Assembly: GCA_964188305.1 (NCBI GenBank)
Contig: OZ076894.1
DNA length: 64,000 nt
Source: Podarcis bocagei
Lineage: Eukaryota
Direction: 5' to 3' (one strand)
Positions 34,463-46,610 of the stretch are shown one piece after another (position 1 is the first letter of the stretch; each line of letters begins with the position of its first letter). The translations under genes and the position numbers were made by a program. Under the pieces are notes generated by a model. The model did no database searches and was not told where the DNA came from. It saw nothing but the letters and a program-made list of their open reading frames with translations.

Positions 34463-37026
34463 AAGAACTAACTTAGTTGGTCTTTAAGGTGCTATAGGAA
34501 GGAATTCTTTCTATTTGTATTCAGCAGGGCACATATTTAGAAGCCCCCAAAAATCCCATCTCTCCAGTTTAAGGAAAGGTAGTCCTTTGAGGTGTTCTCT
34601 GCTAATAGTGCTTTAAACACCAAGCTTTTTATTGAGTTACATTGATTTTCATGTAGATGTAGGCAATTCAAATGGAAATCTGGCCTAGGGGAAATCCTAA
34701 TTCCTTTAAGCTACGAAATACCTGCTATTTGTTTTTATTTCTTCACTACATTGGAAAGCAAGATCATTAATGATCACAAAGACATGCTTTGTTCAGAAAG
34801 AAAAATGTAGCAAGCTGGTCAGTGCCCCTCTGTTAAACACCAAGGCTGATGTGAGATTAGGAAGCCAATCAGTGAAAATTTGAAAATGAAACACTAACAG
34901 CTGGGGAATTAGCTGTTAAACACTACATACAAGACTAAAACATTTGAAATCTGGACAGAATTTCAGTCTTGCACCTTGTATCTTGTTTTATTAAGCATCA
35001 TGATTGTACGACTAGTATTGCTGTACAAACTCATATGGTGCAATTATTATGGTGCATTGTGTTATTTCCAGTCTTTTTTCTTTTGAACCCTGTAATATGA
35101 TTACAAAGACCCTCAGAAATATAGGTGGTGTAAGTTATTCCTCTTGACAATTATTGCAGACTCCTTTTTCTACTGCTATTGGATAGTGATCACAGACTTA
35201 CTGGGAGTACCACAAAGGCTGAGTGCAATACACTTTGCATTATTGTCATTATGCAGGTTTTATTTTTCTCTAATATTATTTTATCTGTACTAACAGAAGG
35301 TTGGATCCAAAATACTAATTCTGTTGGGGGAAAACTGTTTTCATTGGAAGAATGTAACCTTGAGATCCAACTCATTGGTTCTACCCATTTCTCCTTTCAA
35401 GCTTTTTATCATTGTATTTATTTATACACACAGCTCCCGTTTACCAAACACAGTATATGCTCCATGGAAATTGTTCATTAGGCGAGCATTTGCATAACGA
35501 GTACACAAGACAGCTTTTATGTGTTGTTGCCATCAATAAATACACTCTAGCACCAATATTAAATCAATAAATTTGGTATTCTATAAGTTTAAAATTGGTA
35601 AATGGAATTTCAAAGTATACTTATAATAAAATTAATCCATTTTGGCATAGGTATTCTCATAGCTGCAGGCTGCAATTCTGTCCCCATCCATTAGGGTTTA
35701 AAGAGATTGGTGAGATTGAAAGTTATTGGGAACCATGACTATGTATAAGGGGAAACTGGATATATATGGGATTAGAACTGTTGCTGAATTAGTCAGTCAT
35801 TGCAGGAAAATGGAAGCCCTACCCAAACCACTTGAATGTTTAAAAGCTTAACAAATATCCATAACAACGGGTGTATTATTGCAAAAGCAGTAATGCAATA
35901 AATACACGGGCAACACATACTTTTGAAATCTAGTCCAACCCCAGCCTTCCCAATGCTGATGAAAAAAAACCTGTTGTGTCTAATACATTGGGAAAAAATG
36001 TGCAAGAACAGTTCATCCACATATAATTGTAATCCATGTAGGTTGGTGAGGCCAACAGAAGAGTGATTTGCTGAATAATTACAAGCTGACAAGCAAAAGC
36101 TTAGCGATAGGCTTTGTCTCCCACATCCATTTTACCATAGACTTTTAAAAGGAGCAGGAAATATGGAAACAAATGTGAAGGATCACTATGAAAAGTCTTC
36201 TTTCATTTGTCCTCTTTGTGATCTTTAATGACTTATCATGGATCCAACTTAGTTAGATATCAAAGGTTATTTGGTCAAAGACTGGTTTCTGAAAAGAAAC
36301 ATAACAGAATTCTAAGAAAGAAATTTTTAAGAAAGAAAAAAGGCATCTTTCTTTTATATCCATATAATATGCAGGATGTAAAGGAAAAATGAGTCATGTA
36401 CTACAAAAACATAGGGCCTCTGCTCTTGCTTGCAAAAAAGCAAACAAACCTATGAATGGAAGTGCTGAAAGTCAGCAAGTTGCTCAATTTGTCGAAACAG
36501 AAGCTTTGTGGAAATGTTAAATAATTCATTATGCCTGCTAACAAAACTCAACAAAAATTATTTCAGGGTGCTAGATTTCCTGGCAAACAAACCAGCTTTT
36601 ATGTTCATGTACAATGTTTCTTTAGTTTCCTTTGTTAATAAAGGTGAAATGAGATGCACGACTACAAACTAAAATCAGAAAAGCCAGTAGAAATGAGCTG
36701 ATTTATCCAATGATTAGGAAGAATACTAAAATAGTTATCACTCGAGTCAGTGAACTTATGTGTAGAGAAAACCAAGAAAAAATTGAATAGAGATTCTTGC
36801 CCCTTCCAACGGGGGTGAGATAGCTATAAAGGATTGATGATCCATCATATAATCATTTCTTCTTCTTTTTTTAAAGTAACAATTTCTTTACACAAACTGA
36901 CACGTGAAAATATTCCATTTGAAGGAACAGGCTTCAAAGTGCTAAATTTCTGATTCAGACAAGGTCAGGACCTCTGGCTTTTTAAGCTCAGCATTGAAGA
37001 ATAATATTAAAGCACAGTTAGCCTAC

Positions 37027-37212
37027 CAATCGTGCAGTGCTCGCCATTCCAGCCTTGGCTGCATTCACACTTCCCATCTTTACATGTTCCATGTTCAGCA
37101 CACCGAGGGTGACATGCTCTCTGACTGCAGGATGGGCCAGTCCAGCCTTCTTCACAACGACAAGTTCCACCCATGCAGACGCCATGTGTGCCACAGTCAA
37201 CAGAACAGATTT
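37027..37212 (-). CDS. TENM3: Teneurin-3 exon, EGF6-EGF7 (E)[10 protein letters not shown]...GEHCTI
   Basis: tgcAG|AA ATC acceptor, ATT G|GTAGGC donor; 186 nt, phase 1-1. Confidence 0.96.
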
Positions 37213-37989
37213 CTGCATCAGAAATAGACAGCAGGAGATAGGATGATGGGGTTGGGGTGGGGGTGAGAAAGAACACAATAATTAGCCAAATTCCTGATCC
37301 AACCTGATCACAGAGGAAGGCAAACCCTTTGAAAATGTAATTTAAAAAGTTACTATAAAAGCATTTTCAGGAATCTCTCAAGAGGTTGGGGAATCTAGAT
37401 CTTAGCTAATGCTCTATTAGTTGCCCAGGAGATTTAGTGATGTCTATCTACCACAGCTTTTCTTCAGTTAGCTTTGAGTATTTTAAAATTAGATTTCCTA
37501 ATCACATATATCTTAAGACTCACCTGTTCTTACACATATGAGGATTTATGTAATATTCTTACTGAGCATTGAGATCATATGCACTGAAAACTAATAGTAG
37601 CTACAGCAGAAGATCTTGTTTTAACCCACAGAAAAATAAAGATACAACAATATCATGTTAATGTTTTGATTCTACCAGTGTTAAGCCTTAAGTCTTCCAT
37701 CAAGGGAGTAAAAACAGCTATTCCTTTTGTCTATTTCCGTTCTATGATCTCCAGCACTTCTGTTCCTGAAATTGTCAGTCTAATGTATTATTTAATGTAA
37801 CCTTGAAATTAAGTGTTTCCATTCTTGAAATCCTCATGATTGTTGAAAGAAAGGGCACTGAGATAAATCTCTTTCCTACTCTCTGCCCTATTGTGGCAAC
37901 TTAATGTAACTACACTCCCAAGTCCACAAGTAAGTATAGTTATTGTGTGGAACATTAACACAAGATGGATGCATTTTGTATGTGTGTGT

Positions 37990-38335
37990 CTATCCTTGAG
38001 CCCAAAATATCATGTGTTCTGACTGGGTAGCTTTGGCATAGGCATTGGGAGTGAATCCAGAACCATCCAACCTGACTGCTGGATGACTGATTGGCAGGGT
38101 CACCTCTGGGTTAAGGATCACCCTATGACCTACATCTGGACATCTGGACACAAGCACTACCCCTAGGACCCCTCTAACAGAGTACCCTGATCCACTGGAG
38201 TGGGGGCTGGGACTTCCAATCTCCTTCCTGCTTAGACTAAGGATCCAACCCAATGCCCTAACTGCCAGATTGGTTGTGACAATTGCTATGTGGTAGGCAA
38301 AAAACCCCAAACAGTATCAACTGACCATTTAACCC
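37990..38335 (-). mobile_element. Fragment of the LTR/DIRS-like repeat family also at 50922-51700 and 57385-57515
   Basis: Shares TTTTGCCTACC.CATAGCAATT.GTCACAAC with the 51 kb copy and CCAGCA.TCAGGTTGG...CCCAATGCC.ATGCCAAAGC with the 57 kb copy. Confidence 0.6.
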
Positions 38336-39555
38336 ATTATTTACAGCAGGGGTGGGCAACCTTTTTTCTGTGGAGGGGTAATCCTCAGGGGTAATCTATT
38401 GGGGACCACATGCAAGCAGTGGGTAGGGTTGGGCCCAAAGTGGATGAAGCCACCTGTTTTTTCTTTCACTCTGTTTCCCATGTTCTCCCACTCTGCCAAC
38501 CTCATTCCTCCCATTATCTCCATCCTTGTGACCTGCATGACATTAGGCCAAGGACCGCATAAAATTAGGGGAAAGGCCGCATGTGGGAGGTAGGCTGGTC
38601 ACTTTTCATCTACAGTATTCAGTTCCTTATTTGTCATCTTGTGAAAATGCACTGTGATTCCTAAAATAATAAAGTGTTTTCTAAGCTACATAAAACACTT
38701 TATTCTCAAGCTGAATACAAGGTGTGAAATAATACTCCAGTCTATTACAGTTTGCATTTATCTCTCCTTTTTTTGAGGGAATAGTTTTCTGTGGCGCTAA
38801 TATGAGGAGGAAAAACATAGCTTAAGGGATATAGTTTAAGACTCTTAGAACAAGGCTGGCACAGCCATAAGATGTTTCATAAGCATATTATATGACTTCT
38901 GTCTCCTGAAAGAAAGAAACAGCAGAAAAAGCAATTCTGGAAACAAAGATCAGAAATTATTTGTGATAGATATTGAAATAGGAATGTATAATAAAGAAGC
39001 TGAAAAGGATCCTTCCCCTGAGAAGGCATTGCTGTATCTCAAAGAGCTGTAGAACATTAAACATACTATCAAGACTTGTGACACATTTTATGCGCTAGAA
39101 GGTGTGGGAGCCAAGAGAGTTTCTCATATAATCTTTTTATATCTACTTTGAACTAAATGATGTATTTATTTATTATGAGATCCTGGATGGATTAACTTCA
39201 AAACATCAACCCTGCTCTGGGAGGAAAAGGTTTATTTCAGAGGCCCCACCTTTTGTCTTCCATCTAATCAATTTTTCATTAGAGTGGAGGTGTTTATCAG
39301 CTTCTAGCACACTTGCTTTAAGCAAGGTGCGTCAGTCTTTGTAATGAACTTATTAATTAGAGTTAATTTAACTGAAGAGGAATTGGAGGGCTAATTAATG
39401 GACAAACTGCTGATGAAGACAGAGGAAAGCAAAGTTGATTTTAAACGCCCCCCCCCCCCCCGCTAAACCTTTGGGTGGAGCAAAACAACTTTTCCTTTTC
39501 CTCTTAGAATCTTAACAAAACAATTTTTTAATTAGGAACATGTATATACTGATTA

Positions 39556-39905
39556 AAGGTAAAGGGACCCCTAACCGTTAGGCCCAGTCATGGGTGACTC
39601 TGGGGTTGCGGTGCTCATCTCGCTTTATTGGCCAAGGGAGCCAGTGTACAGCTTCCGGGTCATGTGGCCAGCATGACTAAGCTGCTACTGGCAAACCAGA
39701 GCTGCGGACAGAAATGCTATTTACCTTCCCACCGGAGCGGTACCTTTTTATCTACTTGAACTTTGATGTGCTTTTGAACTGCTAGGTTGACAGAGGCAGG
39801 GACCAAGGAATGGGAGCTCACCCCATTGCGGGGATTTGAACCGCCAACCTTCTGATCAGCAAGTCCTAGGCTCTGTGGTTTAACCCACAGCGCCACCCGC
39901 GTCCC
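39556..39905 (-). mobile_element. Sauria SINE, full length, with 11-bp TSD
   Basis: Colinear with 2894-3247; TSD tatactgatta at 39545-39555 and 39909-39919. Confidence 0.92.
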
Positions 39906-41290
39906 TTTTATACTGATTATCTACAGGTTATTTGAAACATTTGGAGAATAAGGAGCAAAGTAATTAATCTATGTTTCAATGGTTCTGGAGCACAATCAGC
40001 TCTCTAGCCACCCACTCACCACCACCAGCAGCCATGGAATATTGCCCTGGCTGCTCCTCCATGAGCGCCACCATTCCACGGACACTGCATCACCCTGACT
40101 TGCCAGTCTGCTGCTCTTTCCACACCATCCTACTGCAATCCTAGCCGTTCATTCTTTTCTCTTCCTCCCACCTCCACCCCCTCCCTTACCAGGCAGTGAT
40201 AAGAATGGAAAAGGTCACGTTTCCTTCCATTATTATTACTTAACATGTGGAGGTTGGGCAGCCAGTGAGTGGCACAGTGATGCTCCAACCATACCCACCA
40301 TGTTCAACCCCCTTCCAATGCCTCTGAACCTGCAGGGGCCCAGAGTCATTTGGGGGGAAACGATGATGGTCAGTGAAGCTGTAGCTTCACCGCACCTGGT
40401 TATAAAAAGATGATTTAAAAGAAAAGAAAGGAATGTTGTGGTGACTAATGTCAGCCTAGTTATTCTCAGGGGTGTTGACCCTTGGCCTGTTTGCCACTGC
40501 ACTGCTACCCTCAGCTTCTGTCACTCTCTGGCAGCCATGCCACCAACACTTCTGCAGCCAGGCTGTAGGGCCTACCAAAGAATAGTGCCATTGTAGGACC
40601 CTGGCAACATTATTGTTTGTTAAACTCAGCAGCCACCATCTGGTGGGAGCATAAATGGCACTTGGATATATATATAAACTGGCTAAGCCAGAAAATAAAC
40701 ATTAAGCATCATAAGGTGCTACCACTGACTTACTGCGACATCACAAGGTACAATATTAATTTTGTTATTATAGTGCTGCAGGCTGGTACCTCAGAAAAAG
40801 ACTGCACTACCATCTTTCAAGTGAAGAAGAAATTTGCAGAGGTTTGTTTAATAGAAAACCTTCAAGTCTATGCAGAATGTGAGGCACTTTTGCACATGTG
40901 GTCGGGCATACATGACGTGAACTTGGCTCACTCCCGTATTAATAAATGAAATGATTTTACTGTTGATTTGTTAATTATTCTATATGATTTATGTTGCAAT
41001 TGTAATGTTATTGCTACATATTGTTTGTCAGCTGCTTTGAGACTCATGTGGGTAAAAAGCGGTGTGGAAATATATGAATGAAATGAAATGAATCAAGTCT
41101 TGGTGGTGGCAATCTGCTATCAATCTATGGCCAATTTCAGTTAAGTATTCCTACATGTTTTTTGCTTGCATTGCTTCATTGCTTATAGCCTTTAGCTACA
41201 CTGGGACCGAAATGTAATATCGTTCTAGAATATTGCCCAATATGAACAATTAAAGCAAACAGATTTCTTTAAAAAAAAAAAAGTCCTTAC

Positions 41291-41491
41291 CATTGGAGCA
41301 GTCAGGACCAGTCCAATTAGGGTCACAAGTGCATGTGCCACTTTCTTGAAGATACGTGCCATGGCCAGAGCACTGGTCTGGACACATAGTCTTCAGAATT
41401 TCACAGTTGTTACCACCCCATCCTGGATTACAATGGCACTCTCCATGGATGCACACACCATGATTTGAACAGGCTGGATCTAAACAATCAG
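41291..41491 (-). CDS. TENM3: Teneurin-3 exon, EGF4-EGF5 (A)[11 protein letters not shown]...GPDCSN(E)
   Basis: ttcAG|CT GAT acceptor, AAT G|GTAAGG donor; 201 nt; EGF5 Cys-to-Tyr (GTYLQES). Confidence 0.96.
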
Positions 41492-42059
41492 CTGAAACGG
41501 GAAGACAGTTTTGCATCTGTGAGTTCTATCGTTATTTCCCATGAATTAGGCTACAGTATATTCATTCTTACACATGAGTAAAGAAGCACAACAATTCAGT
41601 GATCTGTATAATGCTCCTATTAGGCTCTGAAAAAGAAGAGAGTACAAAGCAGAAGAAACCTTCAATTCCTCGCTATGCTCCTTTTACTTTAACTACAAGT
41701 TAACAGAACGCAGCAGCAAAAATCAATAGAGGGACACGCTTTAATCATCAGAAGGTCTAGAAAAAGACCTGGCTGTAATTGTGGCAGGGGCTGCAGAACA
41801 GGGCTTACTAACACAAAATGATGATTATTTTAGCTCTCATTAAAAAAAGCAAGCTTCAAATCATAAAGGCAAGCAAACAAAACAAAATGCAACAAGCTGC
41901 CATCCTAACCCCACTGACCCACTTAATTCATGGAACTTATTTCTAAGTAGACATGGCTAGAATTGCAGCCTTAGAAGCTAGAATTCCCCTTTACATTCCC
42001 AATATATGTGCCTACATATTTTCTAATACCTGCAAGTTCCATGCCTAACTAGCCAACAA

Positions 42060-42400
42060 GCCAGATGCACATGGAAGGCCTGAAAGCAGCTGCCGACTGC
42101 AACTGCACTCTCCCCACTTGTGATTTTCAGCAATGGGAATTTAGAGGCAACTTGTCTCTGATAGTGGAGGAAGAACATAAACATTATGGCTAGTAGCCTT
42201 ATCCTCTTGAATTTTTCTAATCCTCTTTTAAAGCCATCCAAGTTGGTGACCACCACTTCTTGTGAAAGCTAATTCCATAGTTTAACTTTGTGCTGTTTCT
42301 GTTCTTAATAGTTCAACATTCAGCTACTTTGGTTATCTACAAGGTCCAGTGTTCTGAGATAGGGAGATGCAAAATTTTATACACCTCTATCATGTCTTCT
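42060..42400 (-). mobile_element. Old CR1 LINE 3' fragment
   Basis: VVTNLDGFKRGLEKF resembles the CR1 ORF2 C-terminus; boundaries approximate. Confidence 0.65.
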
Positions 42401-43492
42401 CTTACTATGGCTGCTTAGTTTGTTCCAAAATTTAAACCTTGTTGAAAATAGGCCTTTCCCTGTTCTAGCATAGAGATGTGCATGTGCATACTATATACAG
42501 ATTTGGTCATTAGCTAGAAAGGAAGAATACTCTTTATGGATTAATCTTCTGAGTTATACCAGGGCAGAGTGAAGATGGCTTTACTGCAATATTCAGAACA
42601 AAGGAAACAGGTTTGAAATCATCTGAAGGTAGCTACTGAAATGAATAAAAGTTAGGGGAAGTTCTGTTGCCCAAAGACATGCATATGAATAGACTGTCTT
42701 AGTGGACTCTGCTGTTCCTGTGTTGTGACAGCTGTGTACCACCATCAGCCTGTTTAGGAAATAAATGACTTGCATACCCTCTATCTTTCTTAATTCACTT
42801 TAATGTGCTTTAGTTGACAAGATTTAATTTAGCAATTTGACTCAATAAAACGTTACACTTGTAGGGTCAATGGTCTGAAAATTTAATTCCAGAGACTTAA
42901 TTGTATTACTTTGTATGTGCAGATCAATAAAATCAATCTGATTGAGAATGGAAACGTGTGGGTTTTTTTCCATCTGAAAAAAATATCAGCACAGAGGAAA
43001 GGCTATCATAGTTATTTACACCACCACAACAGAAAAATTCTGTACTGTTTTTCAACATGAAGGATTTGAATTAGCACTTTCAGGAATGTAGTTTATGTAG
43101 GAGATTTTCAGTACATGCAATTTCTTCTACTATGTGAAAATACTGAGTCTTTTGTCAAACTATCTTTTTTCTTTCCTACCTCATCTTAGCTCAGTGATGT
43201 AACAAAGAAGATCAAGCTCACAAGCTAAGAGATTAAAATGTATTTACACATTCAATAGTTAAGGAAACTAAAGTCTACAGTCCAAGAAAGATTTTCTAAA
43301 TCCTATGTTTAATATGCTTGAAAGATTCTGAATGTGAATAATATGCATATAAAAGAGATGTTTTCATTAAATCTAAAATGTGCTAGCATCTGCATTTATT
43401 TGGTATTATATTTAGGGCCTAGAACATAATAGTGTAGCAAAGCACTTCTGAAGAATTACAGTCAAATCCTAAGTAAATGTTTATATATTTAC

Positions 43493-43687
43493 CTTCCTCA
43501 CAGTTTTCTCCTTTGTATCCAGAGTTGCAGGCACAAGAGCCCATGATGCAAATCCCACGACCTCCGCATTGAGGGTCAATGCACTGGGTGGTAGGCACAT
43601 CACACTCTGTCCCTTTCCAGCCACTGTAGCAAAGACAGCGTCCTTTGGAGTACTGCCCATTGCCACTGCACAATACTGGGCAGGCTG
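43493..43687 (-). CDS. TENM3: Teneurin-3 exon, EGF2-EGF3 (A)[17 protein letters not shown]...NCEE(A)
   Basis: cacAG|CA GCC acceptor, GAA G|GTAAAT donor; 195 nt; EGF2 has the teneurin Cys-to-Tyr swap (GQYSKG) that leaves a free dimerising Cys. Confidence 0.96.
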
Positions 43688-43864
43688 CTGTGAAATAAAA
43701 CATGACAGAAGACTTAACGCAATTCTTTTCAATCAAGCTTTAGAAGCAGAGGAACATCTAGACAACAAGTTGTACTTCAGTTTCTTTTTCTTGCTGCTCT
43801 AGTAACTACTTGTATTTCTGTTCTGTATTTGTATTGACTTAAGAAAGGAATTCAATTTATATAC

Positions 43865-43966
43865 CTCTTGAACAATCAGGGCCCAGAAATCCAGCAAAAC
43901 AATGGCATGATCCTGATACACACTCTCCGTTTCCATGGCAATTGCGGGGGCATTCCACCACAGACT
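43865..43966 (-). CDS. TENM3: Teneurin-3 exon, EGF1 (E)[33 protein letters not shown](A)
   Basis: Not in the ORF track; ttcAG|AG TCT acceptor, AGA G|GTATAT donor; 102 nt, phase 1-1; six-Cys EGF pattern. Confidence 0.95.
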
Positions 43967-44409
43967 CTGAAAGGAACCGTAAGAAGAGAAATTCTAATAC
44001 CCTGCAATCACAGCAGTTAGCAAAAACAGAAGAGAACTCTTATTTAAATCACTTGTAAATGATAGCAAATTAAGACACTTTTAGGAGTGTGCGTGCTTAG
44101 CTTGTTTACTGCCTTTGAGAATGTAAATAGAGCTTAATTCATTTGAATTACTTGTAGAATGTTAAAGCAGTAACTTCTAACAAAATTCTATTTTAATAGA
44201 ATTATTACAAGATCTTTATACTTTGACACCAGAGCATAACAACATGTCATAAATATTTTATACACTTCAGGTAAGTCAGATTTTGACACAACTGTGTTCC
44301 ATCAAAACAGATTTTCTGCAAAATACTCAAGATTGTCCAACAAAGAAAATATTAGAGAATAGTTCAGCTTGCAACTTTTGTAAACAAACACAATGAATGC
44401 AATTCTTAC

Positions 44410-44620
44410 CTATGACAATTGTATTAAAAGACACTTGTTCTGCATTTTTCCCATCATTATAAAAAGCCAGGTGCCAGATCCCAGCATCCAAATACTGGAT
44501 GAAACCTGCTTCATGAAGACTGACAGACCTTGCCTGTCTACCTGCTCTCTCTGCCTCAAGAAGGTTGCGCTGCTCCTTTGCAATCAACCGGCTACCATCC
44601 AAAAGTTCCACAAAGTCATA
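44410..44620 (-). CDS. TENM3: Teneurin-3 exon [12 protein letters not shown]...RAGRQARS...NTIVI(E), Ig-like region
   Basis: tgcAG|TAT acceptor, ATA G|GTAAGA donor; 211 nt, phase 0-1; inside ORF 44327..44659. Confidence 0.96.
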
Positions 44621-46215
44621 CTGCAAGGGTAAATTGCACAAAATGTATATATTATCCATCTATGTAGTGTTACATTGATTACAGCCTTTTAAAAGTTCCA
44701 GTGCCTGAAGTATTTTCAACAGTTAATCTTTGAAGTAGTGTAGTGTGGAACACACAGTTCCTGTGTCAGCTTCCGTAATATGCTGCTTGCATGCCAACAT
44801 CCTGACCTGTATGCTACCAGGAGTACATTTTCATGGCTATACTCAGTCACCGAGGTAGATGATTTTATATACTTTGCTGAAGGAAAGCCAACAAGATTAA
44901 CTTTTGCACACAACTAGCAGTATAAGAATAGTCACCTAGAGGTAACCACATGATGATGGTAGCAATCAATGGCAGTCGATCCCCCTACAACTCAGTGACT
45001 CATTATTTTATTTATTTCTGCTTAAGAACATAACAGAAAAGCTACAAATAGAGACACTGATAATGGAAAACACTATATCAGCTTTAAGAGATAACATAGC
45101 TGTCAAAAGCACTATGTTTTATTAACAGCAACAAAGAGGTTATCAGAGGCTTAGACAGAACAGTATTAAATATGCCAAAATTAGAGACAATCTTTAGTTG
45201 CTGTGTGCATTACTTCCTATTTTACACTCCAAATTAGGAAAAACTAGGTCAAGTTCTGGTGAAAGGTAAAGGCTAATAGGGTGAACTGGGAAATCTCTTC
45301 TTAGCCTGAACCCAGCTACTATCCTCAGACTCAGCATCCTATCAGCAATGGGAATAATAATAATACTGATCTATGCTAAAGGGTTGTTGCATGGAGTTAC
45401 TATACAAGAAGAACTGTGAAATCTCATAAAGTGAGCATCAATCAATCAGCAAAATTATTATGATTTATTACTATATCCTAAGTACCTCAAATTCCCAGCA
45501 CTGAAGCAATCACAGCTAAAACTGATTATTTTGTACTCATCCAGTAAATACGTTGCCCAGTTTTGACCACTCTGAAGTGGTGTTTGCCCATAATTTTATT
45601 TCTACACTAAATGTTTATTATGGATGTACAACCACTGTTTATTATGGATGTACAACCACTAAAGCAGCTCACCATGTAGGAAGGGTTGCATTGCTTGCAT
45701 CCTGGCAATGATTATGATCACTGCTGCTTCCCTGGAGGAGGAGAAGCAAAGTGATGATGAGGTTGGGGCTGTGCAGGTGCACCGGGAAAGCGAATCTGGC
45801 AGTCCCGTTGTGCACCTGCACAGCTCCAATAGTGCTGCCTCTCCTGCTCCCCTTCTTGGCAGGCTCCACCAAGATGCTTCTGAACGACTTCTATAAAAAC
45901 TCTTCTTTCATACTCACCACTCAACTACGTTCTATTTAAGTAAGTGTATAAAATCACTAATTCATCCAAGCCAGTTATAAAGCCAGTTATTGTTACTTGA
46001 ACTGTGACAATCATACTGTCATCTACTGAGTTCAGAATGAGCCTCTGAACAGGATTAAACTGAAATGCTTTGACCCTTTAATTGAATTAATTGGATATCC
46101 TTGTTTACTCGGAAGAAACCTGGTGTTTCTAGAAGGCTGCTTTGCAAGGTGTGTGTTTAATCATTGGGAAAGTCATCATTATGTCCTCCCGATATTGCCA
46201 GACTACAACTTCCAA

Positions 46216-46610
46216 TCACAACAATACAAACACAATGCGTAGGCTAATAATATAAAATATATAATAGAATAATGATATCATTCAAATTATAAGAGTAAGG
46301 CAATCAAAGTTCATATGTACAATATAACAGAGTGGTAGTGAGGACCGTCAAGCTATGTGTTCAAAACAGATGTCTAAGGACAGTCTCACAATAGTCTTTC
46401 AGAAGTTTCAACAGAAGACATCTCAAAAGTTTCAAAAGTAAAGTCTCTCAATGGTCTTTCAAAAGTTGCAACGGAAAGACTATAATTTGAATGATATCAT
46501 TATTCTATTATATATTTTCTACTAACTATTAGCCTATGTGTTGTGTTTGTATTGTTGTGATTGGTTCTTATTGAAACACAGGGGTCTGTTTTTGGTTCAT
46601 TGTTGTTCCA
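46216..46610. mobile_element. Unclassified insertion with about 80-bp inverted arms and 16-bp TSD
   Basis: TSD agactacaacttccaa at 46200-46215 and 46611-46626; arms 46212-46291 and 46481-46564. Confidence 0.75.

Larger units (their letters stand above)
34268..34506. mobile_element. Penelope-like inverted pseudo-LTR pair (82-bp arms) with 12-bp TSD
   Basis: Arms 34313-34394 and 34425-34506 match at 81/82; TSD ctttctatttgt at 34256-34267 and 34507-34518. Confidence 0.85.

Noticed and set aside
45660-45700. Strong cryptic donor ATG|GTGAGC on the minus strand as an extra TENM3 exon
   Set aside because: No matching acceptor or teneurin-like peptide; flanking exons already join in frame (HTQ|YDF)
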